Part shown: positions 1 through 9,660 of the stretch, piece by piece
Position numbering within the stretch: position 1 is the stretch's first letter
How the letters are laid out: the number at the start of each line of letters is the position of its first letter
Assembly: GCA_038861545.1 (NCBI GenBank)
Contig: JAWCCZ010000002.1
Span: 160,001-224,000, forward strand
DNA: 64,000 nt
Direction: 5' to 3'
Source: Thermofilaceae archaeon
GTDB lineage: Archaea > Thermoproteota > Thermoprotei > Thermofilales > Thermofilaceae
The notes under the pieces: model-generated
The model's database searches: none
What the model was told of the DNA's origin: nothing
The model's input: the letters and a program-made list of their open reading frames with translations, nothing else
Made by a program: the position numbers and the translations under genes

Positions 1-1
1 A

Positions 2-85
2 GTTATAGGATATCCGGAAAAGCTAGTCGAGACCCCCGTTGCGTTCCACCTTCGAAAAGCTCTGCATGTGGCTCAGCTGATATAG
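2..85 (+). CDS. 3' end of a gene entering from the left edge (partial; ...VIGYPEKLVETPVAFHLRKALHVAQLI*)
   Basis: Frame is open from the window edge to TAG at 83-85 and converges on moxR; read manually, product unknown. Confidence 0.35.
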   Translation, partial: VIGYPEKLVETPVAFHLRKALHVAQLI

Positions 86-124
86 AGCTAGTCGGTTAAC
101 AGGTTGTAACCCTTTGCTTTTAAG

Positions 125-1174
125 CTACGCCGCCCCTTTCTTGACCACCTCAAGCCCATCGGCGATAACTTTATACCTAGCAGCGTACCGGCCGTGCTTT
201 TCCTCGTACTCTATAACCCGGTCGAGCCTGGGTATAACCCTGTGGTTTAAAACCGCGAACAACACGTCATCTACATCACGCTTAGTTACGTAATCTCTGC
301 CCTCAAGGAAGGCCCAGGCCTTCGCCATCCTGAGCAGTGCGATGCCGGCCCTAGGGCTCGCGCCGAGCTCGAAGTACTCGCCAGCTATTCGATTAACCTC
401 AGGCCTAGTGAGCCTGATTAACGTTGCAACATAGTTTACTACTTCTTCATTGACCCTAACACGCTCCGCCGAGCTGTCCTGCGCACTAATCACCCAGCTT
501 GGCTCAACTACAGGCCCTATGTCCTCGAAAGGCTCGACCAGTCTATAAGCGTGAAGCTTTAAGATGGATTTCTCTTCTTCAAGCGTGTTTGGATAGCCCA
601 TAACTACCCGAGTGGTGAATCGATCGAGCTGGGCTTCAGGCAACGGATAAGTGCCCTCCTGCTCCACTGGGTTCTGAGTCGCAATAGCAAAGAAAAACTT
701 CCCATTCTCTCTAAACTCAAGTCTGTAAGTTTCTCTACCAATTGTTACCTGTCGTTCTTGCATCGCCTCTAGTAAAGCACTCTGTGTCTTCGGCGTCGCT
801 CGGTTAATCTCGTCCGCTAGGAGTAAATAAGCGAAAACCGGGCCGAACTTTACTTCGAAATCCCGCATCTGTGGATTGTAAACTAGGCTTCCCGTGACAT
901 CGGAGGGCATTAAGTCTGGAGTTAACTGGATTCTCGAGAAACCCCTGAAGGGAATACCGTTTATATTCTTCTCTACGCTTAACAAGCCCAGAGTTCTCGC
1001 CAGTGCTTTAACAATTGTGGTTTTCGCGATGCCAGGTATGCCTTCAAGCAAAACGTGGCCGCCTGAGATTAATGAAGCAAGGATTAAGTGCTTTTCACGT
1101 GTGTATCCTATGACCGCTTTATCCAGTGAGCCGAAGATTTTCGAAACCTGCTTAATGGCATCTGAAGCTCCCAC
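125..1174 (-). CDS. moxR: MoxR-family AAA+ ATPase
   Basis: HVLLEGIPGIAKT (Walker A), RIQLTPDLMPSDVTG, LLADEINRATPKTQSALLEAMQERQVT, ATQNPVEQEGTYPLPEAQLDRF, GASPRA. Confidence 0.95.
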   Translation of the reverse strand: MGASDAIKQVSKIFGSLDKAVIGYTREKHLILASLISGGHVLLEGIPGIAKTTIVKALARTLGLLSVEKNINGIPFRGFSRIQLTPDLMPSDVTGSLVYNPQMRDFEVKFGPVFAYLLLADEINRATPKTQSALLEAMQERQVTIGRETYRLEFRENGKFFFAIATQNPVEQEGTYPLPEAQLDRFTTRVVMGYPNTLEEEKSILKLHAYRLVEPFEDIGPVVEPSWVISAQDSSAERVRVNEEVVNYVATLIRLTRPEVNRIAGEYFELGASPRAGIALLRMAKAWAFLEGRDYVTKRDVDDVLFAVLNHRVIPRLDRVIEYEEKHGRYAARYKVIADGLEVVKKGAA

Positions 1175-1230
1175 GAAGCCTATGATAAGGATGCTAAGTT
1201 ATATAGGCTTAGCTACCGAAATAGTTAAGC

Positions 1231-2088
1231 TTGGATAGTAGAGATTTCTTGGGGTTTATGGATAAGAGATTTTACACTGAAGACGAACTTCGAGGAGCTA
1301 AGGTTTACGATTGTGAGGGTTTACTTTACGGCGAAGCTGGGGGATTAACGCTCCTAGAGGAAGGCGTTTTCATAGAGGTTTATCTTAAAAGGAAAATCGG
1401 AGAAATTACCGTGGACAGGGATAAACTGTTTTCCAACCTCATGGCCTTAGGGGTATACCCCGAGAATCTTACGCTAGTAGAACTCGTTTCGCTAAGCCGA
1501 GGGCTTGGATTAGATATTCCCAGCCGAACTGCGGATGCAGAGATATCGCTTCTGAAGGCCCGCGTTCCCGTAGAAGAAGTACTCTGGCTTGATTCAAGGA
1601 ACGTAGCCCCCTTTGGGGAGTTAAAGATAATTTTCCTAGCCACACCACGAGAGGCTGAATTCCGTGGTTGGCGGCCTAAACCCCCTTCGAAATGGCCTAG
1701 GAAAGAAGATGTAAAGGGAAAGCTCGTGCTCAGTATTTCCAATGGTATAGTCGGCGCAGTGGAGGAAATGGTAATCGGTATCGGAGGCGTTGGACTGAGA
1801 GTAACTCGATCAAGTGGAGGAAAGGAGGTGAAATGGCTTGCATTCGTTACCACGCTAAGGCGTAAAGGACAAGACAGGTTGGCTGACAGGTTAACGGGGG
1901 AAATCGACCCCTACAGTAACCCAAGGCTTACGGGCGGCGAAGCTGAAAAAGCCTTCAAGCTGGTTAAAGAATTGGGTGCAGAGGAAGACGTTGAGCTCTT
2001 AGCCAAACACACAGTTGAATCAAAGGATACCATCGACGTGCCGTGGAGCTCGGTAGTGCGCATTGGTGACGCGGTGGTAATCGAGTGA
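1231..2088 (+). CDS. Hypothetical protein with probable tandem PRC-barrel-like domains (start may be ATG 1258)
   Basis: ELRGAKVYDCEGLLYGEA and DVKGKLVLSISNGIVGAVEEMVI resemble PRC-barrel N-strands; C-terminal IDVPWSSVVRIGDAVVI is the typical PRC-barrel end. Confidence 0.6.
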   Translation: MDSRDFLGFMDKRFYTEDELRGAKVYDCEGLLYGEAGGLTLLEEGVFIEVYLKRKIGEITVDRDKLFSNLMALGVYPENLTLVELVSLSRGLGLDIPSRTADAEISLLKARVPVEEVLWLDSRNVAPFGELKIIFLATPREAEFRGWRPKPPSKWPRKEDVKGKLVLSISNGIVGAVEEMVIGIGGVGLRVTRSSGGKEVKWLAFVTTLRRKGQDRLADRLTGEIDPYSNPRLTGGEAEKAFKLVKELGAEEDVELLAKHTVESKDTIDVPWSSVVRIGDAVVIE

Positions 2089-2942
2089 ATGGAAAACTTT
2101 GCGAAGAAGTACGGAAAGCTGCGCTTATTGGAAGAGCCCGGGCGGAATCTTTCCTTATCGGGGAATACCCAGTTAACTTAAAGGGGATAGGGTTGGAGTA
2201 CACCGATCTTCGCGAATACCACCCAGGCGATGACTATAGGAGAATTGATTGGAGAGTATCAGCGAGAATCGGGCTTGGGCTCGGGAAACTTTTCGTTAAA
2301 GAGTACAGAACGGAGAAAATGGTTCGTTTAGCCTACTTACTGGATTTAACCGCTTCAATGAGTTTCAAGAAGAAGATTAAGACCCTAGCTTTTACGGTAG
2401 CCTTCCATGCGAGGCTTTCAGAGGCTCTGCGCGATGAAGTCGCCGTATTAACCATCAGCGATAAAGTGCGTGTAAGAAGTTTTTCAAGACCAACTGCTGC
2501 CTTGGTTGATATACTTGAGACTGCTTGCAAAGGGAACATTCAAGGGGCTCTCGACTTAAGCGACGCGATGCCAGAGATCCTCAACCTAGCTCGAGGCATT
2601 CCCGTGGCAGTCTACACAGATTACGCGAACACTGCGGACAGCTATTCTCGAATTGCTAAGGCCATTCTAGCTTCAGGAGGTAACTTAAAATTCTATGTAT
2701 TTGTTACAGCAAGCGAGAGAGAACCTGCTAGCTGGAAATGGGAGTTGCCTTTAACTGAATCAGAGCTCAGTTCTCTATCTCTTCAATCAATAGAAGATTT
2801 CTCCAGGGAAGTAAAAAAACATATAGCATTAGTAAAAAGCCTTACCCCATATCGTTCAATTATCGAAGTCCCGGTCACCAGTATAGACCCCCCACTTATC
2901 CCCTTGCTAACGAGTTATCTTGCTTTAAGATCAAGCGCTTAA
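2085..2942 (+). CDS. DUF58 family protein (MoxR-associated, VWA-like)
   Basis: GIGLEYTDLREYHPGDDYRRIDWRVSAR, LFVKEY, LLDLTASM; GTGA overlap with the upstream stop. Confidence 0.92.
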   Translation: MNGKLCEEVRKAALIGRARAESFLIGEYPVNLKGIGLEYTDLREYHPGDDYRRIDWRVSARIGLGLGKLFVKEYRTEKMVRLAYLLDLTASMSFKKKIKTLAFTVAFHARLSEALRDEVAVLTISDKVRVRSFSRPTAALVDILETACKGNIQGALDLSDAMPEILNLARGIPVAVYTDYANTADSYSRIAKAILASGGNLKFYVFVTASEREPASWKWELPLTESELSSLSLQSIEDFSREVKKHIALVKSLTPYRSIIEVPVTSIDPPLIPLLTSYLALRSSA

Positions 2943-2979
2943 AGCTAAGTAAGCAGAAAAATTTAACTCCAATTTAATA

Positions 2980-3906
2980 ATGTTAAAAATTATGCCGTCG
3001 GTCGTAATAGCTCAAGGCGTAGCTAAATCATATGGGAAGACAGAGGCTCTACGTAATGTGAGCTTCCACCTCCCGGAGGACACGGTCGCAGGCTTATTGG
3101 GGCCGAATGGCAGCGGTAAGACAACGACTATTAAGATCCTGCTAGGCCTACTTAGAAAGGATAAAGGTGAAGTAGAGGTTTTCGGATGCGACCCATGGCT
3201 AGAGGAGGCTGAAGTCAGAAGGAGGGTTGGAGCAGTTCATGAAAAACCCCTTTACCCTCTCGATGAAAGGGTGAGTAGGCTTTTACGGCATACTGTTAGG
3301 ATGAAAGGAGCCCCTCAAAACGAAGTAGGGAGACTCTTACATTTAACAGGGCTAAGCGAGTATGCAGATATGAAAGTGCGTGCTCTCTCGAGGGGATACC
3401 TACAGCGGTTAGGTATTGCGATCGCACTAGTGGGTGATCCAGAGCTCTTGTTACTAGATGAGCCCACAGCTAATTTAGACCCTAGCGCGAGAAAAGATAT
3501 ACTGAGGCTTATCAAAACATTGCAAGAAGAACTGGGGGCAACGATCATGGTGTCAAGTCATATTGTACCGGAACTTCAAGAGGTTTGCGATTATGCCGTG
3601 TTCATACAGGAGGGAATTGTACTCGACTATGGTAGCATGGATGAGCTAGCTAGAAAATATAGTGTTTCGGCGCACTACTTTATTACTGCTAAAAACGTGA
3701 GGTTGTTGGCTTCCGAGCTCGTTAAGGAAGAGTTCGTCGAAAGCGTGGAGCTAGGCGACGGATACCTTACTCTACGTGTCAAAGGAGGTGCTTACACGGC
3801 AGCTGAAGTCACTATTGCTAAGCTCGCCGAGAAAGGCCTAGTAGAAAACTATGAGCTTCGGACAGCCAGCTTAGGAGAACTGTACTCAAAAGTTATCGCC
3901 CAGTAG
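2980..3906 (+). CDS. ABC-2 type transporter ATP-binding protein (start possibly ATG 2992)
   Basis: GPNGSGKTT, LSRGYLQR signature variant, LLLLDEPTANLD, SSH switch. Confidence 0.93.
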   Translation: MLKIMPSVVIAQGVAKSYGKTEALRNVSFHLPEDTVAGLLGPNGSGKTTTIKILLGLLRKDKGEVEVFGCDPWLEEAEVRRRVGAVHEKPLYPLDERVSRLLRHTVRMKGAPQNEVGRLLHLTGLSEYADMKVRALSRGYLQRLGIAIALVGDPELLLLDEPTANLDPSARKDILRLIKTLQEELGATIMVSSHIVPELQEVCDYAVFIQEGIVLDYGSMDELARKYSVSAHYFITAKNVRLLASELVKEEFVESVELGDGYLTLRVKGGAYTAAEVTIAKLAEKGLVENYELRTASLGELYSKVIAQ

Positions 3907-4668
3907 GTGGGAAGTTTGAAGACTCGTAAAACTGAGTGGACTGCTTTAACAGTTTACATGCGTTACGTGTTCAACAGTGTAGCTAAATGGAACCTCGGCT
4001 TAGCTCTGGTAGTACCGCCTTTGAATATACTTGTACTCGTGTCCTTAATCCCCTCTTTCACCAGCCAACTCATGCTAACGCTGGTCTCTTGGACCAGTTT
4101 TCTTTACTCTGTCTTCGCCATAATAGCTGCTTACGCTTTCGCTAGCGATTTATCGCGGGGCACGTACACTATTTTTCTTTCTCAACCATTAACCCGAAGA
4201 GGGTACGTGATTACGTGGATGCTGGCTATAGCAGTAGCGCCGGCTACGGCCTACCTGCTTAGCTTAGTAATTCCGTTCGTTGTTATAGATATTCGGCTGA
4301 TTAAATCCTTCGACCCAATTGATTTCCTTCTCCTATTCCTAGAGGGGGCTTTCCTAAGTATGGTGATATTCCTAGCCGGTTTAATTAGTAGACGTCCAGA
4401 ATTAGTAGCTGTGATCGGGGTTTTCATGCATATAATTTTATTTATCATCCTAGGCATCATCTATTCTCTGACGTATCACTTTAGTCGCTCCCACGAGCTT
4501 ATCGCGCTCATATACGCAATAGTATACCCGTTTAAGTCAAAGGTTTTCCAGTTAACGTTACAGTACGCTGGTGTTACTCACTGGGCTGCTTATGCTAACC
4601 TAGCGTTGTCTATCATGCTAATTACTATAGCTATTGAATACTCTAAGAGAAAGTTTGAGGTGATGTAG
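3907..4668 (+). CDS. ABC-2 type transporter permease
   Basis: About 6 hydrophobic segments; DLSRGTYTIFLSQPLTRR motif of ABC-2 permeases; directly follows the ATPase. Confidence 0.85.
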   Translation: MGSLKTRKTEWTALTVYMRYVFNSVAKWNLGLALVVPPLNILVLVSLIPSFTSQLMLTLVSWTSFLYSVFAIIAAYAFASDLSRGTYTIFLSQPLTRRGYVITWMLAIAVAPATAYLLSLVIPFVVIDIRLIKSFDPIDFLLLFLEGAFLSMVIFLAGLISRRPELVAVIGVFMHIILFIILGIIYSLTYHFSRSHELIALIYAIVYPFKSKVFQLTLQYAGVTHWAAYANLALSIMLITIAIEYSKRKFEVM

Positions 4669-4670
4669 CA

Positions 4671-5462
4671 GTGCTTCGAATTCTAGGTGTGGTATTAACA
4701 GTAACTGGAATCACTATTTTAATAACCTTAACCGTAGTCTCAATTCTGGGTACACTATTCTGCAGCTACGTGAGTGCTCACCACTCTGACTACTTCTCTC
4801 TGCAGAATGAAACCTATGTTTCGGTTTCCGCTAGTGAACTTCAGGTAATGGCTATTGAAGGATTTAAGTACTTCTACCGCTCTAGGCTTGTATCCGAGGG
4901 GGTTTTATACTGCTATGCAGCGATCACCCCCCAAGTATTTGTCATCAATCTAACTTTACAGAAAGGGAAACTTTATCTACTTAAACTGAGCGATCGAACG
5001 CTAGTAGAACCACTGCTACACTCAACTTCCATTTCTGATGATGTTATTGAAATACTGGAGAAGAAAGCTGTAGCAAAAGCCGAGTTAATCGAAAATCAAG
5101 TAAACACTGTAGGGATTTACCAACCCGGCGTCAAGGTGTACGAGACTTCGCTAGAAGTACAGCCAGGAGCATACTACGTGGTTACCTTACTGGCGGGAAG
5201 AATTTACCAACAACCCCCTAATTGTACGCGACCTATGCAAGGCTACTTCTGGCAGGAGGATACTATATGTAAGGTAGTTTCCCCTACCCCCGCTCAAATC
5301 GTTAGAAGTTTAACGATTTCAGCGCTTGGAGTCCTGATACTGGCTTACGACTTAAAAGTGGAGGAAGAATCATTACCTAGATGGATAAACCCAGCATTCG
5401 AAATCTTACGTAAAGCAAACAGGAAAGTAAAATCGCTGAAGCAGAGAAAAAGCACCAGCTGA
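4671..5462 (+). CDS. Hypothetical membrane protein (N- and C-terminal TM helices around an extracellular domain)
   Basis: Hydrophobic N-terminus and a second hydrophobic helix near the C-terminus; third gene of the ABC operon. Confidence 0.65.
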   Translation: MLRILGVVLTVTGITILITLTVVSILGTLFCSYVSAHHSDYFSLQNETYVSVSASELQVMAIEGFKYFYRSRLVSEGVLYCYAAITPQVFVINLTLQKGKLYLLKLSDRTLVEPLLHSTSISDDVIEILEKKAVAKAELIENQVNTVGIYQPGVKVYETSLEVQPGAYYVVTLLAGRIYQQPPNCTRPMQGYFWQEDTICKVVSPTPAQIVRSLTISALGVLILAYDLKVEEESLPRWINPAFEILRKANRKVKSLKQRKSTS

Positions 5463-6375
5463 GCTTAAGTCTTTCGATTTTTTTCTCCGTCACAGAGACT
5501 CTGGCGGTGTAGCCCACAGCTGTACGGGTGACTTCATGCGATAAGTGCTCGAAAACTTCTATTAACTGCTGGGCAGTTTCAGCGTTAAACCATTGTCCAC
5601 CAGTTGCTATAGCTATCCGCTGCATTTCAGCGGCCCCAGTATCTCCACCGGGGCCTATGTAGACAGTGTTTACCGTTATGTTAAGCCTATTCATTTCATG
5701 CAAGAGATCCTCGTAGAAGCCCTGATCGGCTGGCAAACCATCGCTGACGAACACCACTGTGCACGACGCATTGAAAGCTCTGTAGGGTTTCAACATATTT
5801 AGAGCCACGCTCAACGGATAAGCATACATTGTACCCCCTCCCGGCTCTAACTCCATAACCGCGTTCTTTACCTGCTCCACGTCGCGAACCACGGGCACAG
5901 TCAACCGGATTTTGTCGTCGAAAGCGATTAACCCAACACTTATGTTTGCAGGTATACCCTCTAGAAACCTTAGAATAGCTGATTTCGCGACGGAAATTTT
6001 TACACCGCCTGTTATTGTATCGCTCATACTTCCCGAAACATCGGTTGCTATAACGACCGCTGGTCCCGTTACTTTTAGCGTCTCCCGCACCTCGGCTTCC
6101 ACCTCCTTAATTTGCAGCTTCTCGACCTCGAGGTAAGGAGAAGCAAGACCCATGCAAAGCGTGGCTGATAAAAGCAACTTTAAAATTAAGGTAGGCGTGC
6201 GCTTACCCCTTTTATTCAGCTGCTTAACTACTTTAAGCATAGGATTCTCCAGTCGAAAAAACCTTGCTGTAATCCGCCTGTAGAGATAGAAATGCAAGTA
6301 AAAGACAAATGTAAACATTAGAGGAACAGCGGCGAATAAGAAGTAGATGTTCTCGAACCTTAGCATGTTAAACAC
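5377..6375 (-). CDS. Membrane-anchored VWA domain protein (BatA-like)
   Basis: MLRFENIYFL N-terminus, MIDAS DVSGSM, GGGT, FVSDG, C-terminal TM. Confidence 0.88.
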   Translation of the reverse strand: MFNMLRFENIYFLFAAVPLMFTFVFYLHFYLYRRITARFFRLENPMLKVVKQLNKRGKRTPTLILKLLLSATLCMGLASPYLEVEKLQIKEVEAEVRETLKVTGPAVVIATDVSGSMSDTITGGVKISVAKSAILRFLEGIPANISVGLIAFDDKIRLTVPVVRDVEQVKNAVMELEPGGGTMYAYPLSVALNMLKPYRAFNASCTVVFVSDGLPADQGFYEDLLHEMNRLNITVNTVYIGPGGDTGAAEMQRIAIATGGQWFNAETAQQLIEVFEHLSHEVTRTAVGYTARVSVTEKKIERLKLSWCFFSASAILLSCLLYVRFRMLGLSI

Positions 6376-7276
6376 CGTCCACCAAGGCGGAAAAAGCTAA
6401 AAACAAAGCTATCATTGAGAGAATACGAGCTGGCTCGTAACTACGTCTCACCTCTTCGATGTAAGCCTCACCTTTAGCGAGAAGCGCATTATACCTCGCC
6501 TCTCTCGCTGCTTTCGCGGCAAGGCTTTCAATAGCCTCTATAGTGAACTCATTCACCACGTAAACTTCTGCTCCAGCCGCCTCCGTTACCTGTGGTATTA
6601 TCCCCTGACCCCCAATCGAGATAATCATCATAGGGAGACCCTTGCTCTTGAACAGCGTGGCTACCTGAAGTGGATCGGATCCGTAATTACTCATACCATC
6701 GCTTACGAGCACTACGACAGCGGGTAGATCAGCTACGTTTGAGATTGAAAGAGCGTAAAGAAGCGAGTCGCCTAGAGCTGTAAACCTTTCTCCAGCTGTT
6801 AAACCATCTAAAGCTTTTAAACAGTCAACTGGCAGGCCATCGCATACACTCCTTACAGAGGAAGAAAACACGGCTAAGTGCACGTGATCGTTAGGGGTAA
6901 GCGAGGAAAAATACCTTTTAAGTGCTTCAATTGCTACATCGAAGCGCGTCCTTGAACCGTAACTATACGTTATGCTCCTTGAGACATCTAAGAGGACTAC
7001 GTGAAGTACTTTATTTTCTGATAATTGATCGACTTGCTCTAACTGCACCTGCCTCTTCACTGTATACTCGTAATAGGGTACTGCAGCGGTGAAGATTAAA
7101 ACCAAAAGCGCTGCTACCCTTAAAGCTTCAAACCCGAGATTTAAACGGGAAATATTCAATTCAAAGAGTTGTTTAAGCCTTACTTTGTTATTCCTAGTTT
7201 TTAGAAGTATTAAGAAGACAGGTAAAACTAGTGAGACTAGAACCATAGCTTCTGGATGTTCAAAACCCCAAGCCAT
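6368..7276 (-). CDS. Membrane-anchored VWA domain protein (BatA/BatB-like)
   Basis: WGFEHPEAM N-terminal BatA-like motif, MIDAS DVSRSI, TALGDSL, LVSDGMSN. Confidence 0.88.
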   Translation of the reverse strand: MAWGFEHPEAMVLVSLVLPVFLILLKTRNNKVRLKQLFELNISRLNLGFEALRVAALLVLIFTAAVPYYEYTVKRQVQLEQVDQLSENKVLHVVLLDVSRSITYSYGSRTRFDVAIEALKRYFSSLTPNDHVHLAVFSSSVRSVCDGLPVDCLKALDGLTAGERFTALGDSLLYALSISNVADLPAVVVLVSDGMSNYGSDPLQVATLFKSKGLPMMIISIGGQGIIPQVTEAAGAEVYVVNEFTIEAIESLAAKAAREARYNALLAKGEAYIEEVRRSYEPARILSMIALFLAFSALVDGV

Positions 7277-8202
7277 TAATCATCACCTCCAGGTTCTCCC
7301 CAACCAGCTCCGCTGTCACCTTGCTTATCATTCTGGTTAAGGTTGCTACCCGAGCACTGTTCACACTCGCTTAATACATAGGATTTTAGGAGGGCTACCT
7401 CGTAGCCGAATTCCCCACTTTCGCCGGGCTTCAGTTTTAAAGCTACTTCAATGATATCGGAGCTGAAATTCACAGGTTCTCTCATGAGACAAGCCTTCTC
7501 CAGGGCGTTTACATCGGTTAGTTGTACAAGCTTGGCTGCAATCAAGAGGTTTTCTAAAGCTTTAGCTACCTGGGAAACTTGCTTAATTGCCTCATGGTGT
7601 ATTCTCTTATGACTATCAGATAGAAGTGCTTCGTTATCGACCCGGGCTAGATTCACCAGGGCTCTATGCATGTCCGGTAAAGCTTTTTGAAGCTCACGCT
7701 CCAGCACTGATGCACCTTTATGCGCTTTAAGAAAGTCACAGCGCCTAACTCCTTCGAGAAATTCTCGCAACTCATAGCGGGCAGTTGATATATCTTCAGC
7801 TGCGGAGGCAATATCAGCGGCAGCTGAGGCGGCATACGCATAGCTGACTGCCGCTTCGCGTAGCTGTTCACCAAGTTCACTACTCCAGAGTTCAGGTAGC
7901 TCGCATGCATTAATAAGTAGAGCTGCTACCATCCCCATTCGATGGATATGGCTGGATGCGTTAACTGGTGAACCCTTAAGCGCTGACGATAGGAGCCTAG
8001 TCGAGTAGTTGAGACCTTGTGCTGCTTCCACGAATAGGTTAGGCAGGTCTTTTACATCTAGGCTAGCATAAGCAGGCTTGGGAGGACTATAATATGTCAA
8101 AGCTAGAAGCATAAACAGTAGCAACGCTAAAACTAGGAAAACTGTGTTACTTAAGTTGATTTTCGGGAAGCGAATCTTAACCATATACTTATAACTTGAC
8201 AC
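7276..8202 (-). CDS. Hypothetical N-anchored helical protein, first gene of the VWA operon
   Basis: N-terminal TM, Ala/Leu-rich helical body, polar tail ending GAGWGEPGGDD; stop overlaps the next start (TAATG). Confidence 0.7.
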   Translation of the reverse strand: MSSYKYMVKIRFPKINLSNTVFLVLALLLFMLLALTYYSPPKPAYASLDVKDLPNLFVEAAQGLNYSTRLLSSALKGSPVNASSHIHRMGMVAALLINACELPELWSSELGEQLREAAVSYAYAASAAADIASAAEDISTARYELREFLEGVRRCDFLKAHKGASVLERELQKALPDMHRALVNLARVDNEALLSDSHKRIHHEAIKQVSQVAKALENLLIAAKLVQLTDVNALEKACLMREPVNFSSDIIEVALKLKPGESGEFGYEVALLKSYVLSECEQCSGSNLNQNDKQGDSGAGWGEPGGDD

Positions 8203-8311
8203 TACTATATATCTGGTTTTTCCAATGAACCGTAGGTGCGTTTACGCATGGAATGAAGAATTTACGAGTTAATCTGGGACATAATTCCATAAAACCTGTA
8301 AACTGTATAAA

Positions 8312-9358
8312 CTAGCTGAGCGAAGTTGTTTTAAACGTAGTCAGTAATGCCTCCAACTTTCCTTTAGGCGCCTCTTCGCGATAGCTTCTAAGCGGGTACT
8401 CGCTGTGCGTAGTAGTTAAAACTAAGTATTTTTTCCCATGTAACCTGAGAATTGTACGCGGGACTTCAAGGAAATCTTCGCTGCTTACCGCGTCGTTAAA
8501 GATTAAGTCCACTGGTACACCAGTGAAGAAAACAGCTTTTTCAGCTTTAACTCTTAAACTTGCAACTTCTCTAGACCAATTAAGAGCTTCTTTAAGTGTT
8601 GACTTCGGTGCGAGATCGAGAGGGTGGAAAGCGTCATACATTTGAAGCAAACGTTCAAATAAACCACCTTTCCGTAGATCCCCATCGCAGTGAAGAATAG
8701 CCCATTTACCAGCCTTATGTATTACACCTGCAAACTTCCAATGCCATGGGAAATACAGTTCTTCGTAAAAATCCCTGCTGTATAGCGGCCCAGTGTACGC
8801 CGCTGAATCGTCTGCAACCCTTACAGCGTCTACAGTATCTAGCTCTGCACCAGCCTTCACGATCTCGAGCACATAGGAGGCGATCCTCCCGTACAGTCTG
8901 CTCGCCTCGCTATGCTTTAAAGCATAGAAAACCCCGAAACTAAAGTGGTGGAATGTTTGGCCAAGCTCCACGCTTCGACGGTAGGCCGGTTTAGCGAAAA
9001 ACGCCTCGGAAATCTCGGTGGGTCCTAGAACTTTCAGTATTACAAGCTTGCCGTTAACTAAACCTTTAATACGCCTGTTAAAGCTTTCAATGGCAGAGAA
9101 TATTACTTCAGCGGGATCCGGCCACTCATATCCGTCGACGTTAATACGGTCAAGCCAGCTACTCAGTCTTTCGTTTTCACGTCTCTGAAACGGACCCCCT
9201 TCCTCGTAAAAGTTTCTCCAATCGGCTATCTTAACGCCAGCGCCAATTGCATCGCTTACTGAAGACTCGAATGCTTTATCGTCCGACTCTATGTGTAGAG
9301 GAGCTCGCGGCGGCTCTAATCCTTCAAAAACCATCTCAATAAGCCTTCTACCCTTCAC
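8312..9358 (-). CDS. Uroporphyrinogen decarboxylase / MtaA-CmuA-like TIM-barrel family protein
   Basis: YEWPDP, VRVADDSAAYTGPLYSRDFYEELYFPW, ILHCDG motifs of UroD-like proteins. Confidence 0.75.
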   Translation of the reverse strand: MKGRRLIEMVFEGLEPPRAPLHIESDDKAFESSVSDAIGAGVKIADWRNFYEEGGPFQRRENERLSSWLDRINVDGYEWPDPAEVIFSAIESFNRRIKGLVNGKLVILKVLGPTEISEAFFAKPAYRRSVELGQTFHHFSFGVFYALKHSEASRLYGRIASYVLEIVKAGAELDTVDAVRVADDSAAYTGPLYSRDFYEELYFPWHWKFAGVIHKAGKWAILHCDGDLRKGGLFERLLQMYDAFHPLDLAPKSTLKEALNWSREVASLRVKAEKAVFFTGVPVDLIFNDAVSSEDFLEVPRTILRLHGKKYLVLTTTHSEYPLRSYREEAPKGKLEALLTTFKTTSLS

Positions 9359-9660
9359 GCTAAGATAATAGAACCAGTAATTAAAAACACTCTACTAGAA
9401 CATAGATAGTTATTCGGCACCCAGCAGCGCCTTCGAGACAGCCTTTTAAACAGCCGCTAGTGTATACCAGACTAGTAGGGGATGATAAGGGATCTGAATA
9501 TAGCGTGCAGACTGAGGGTGAAACCATTGGGTATACAGCTTCTCCTTATCAACACTAAGCTCGGCGAGGAAGTGGAACTGAGAATATTCGGTAGAATGAG
9601 AGTTAGTGGAGGCCTACGTGGTTGGATACGGTTTCGTTAAAGCCTTTCTCTCTTAACTTT

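Noticed and set aside
9478-9540. GATGA...CTGA...CTGA as a C/D-box sRNA
   Set aside because: Box spacing is too short and there is no coherent C'/D arrangement.
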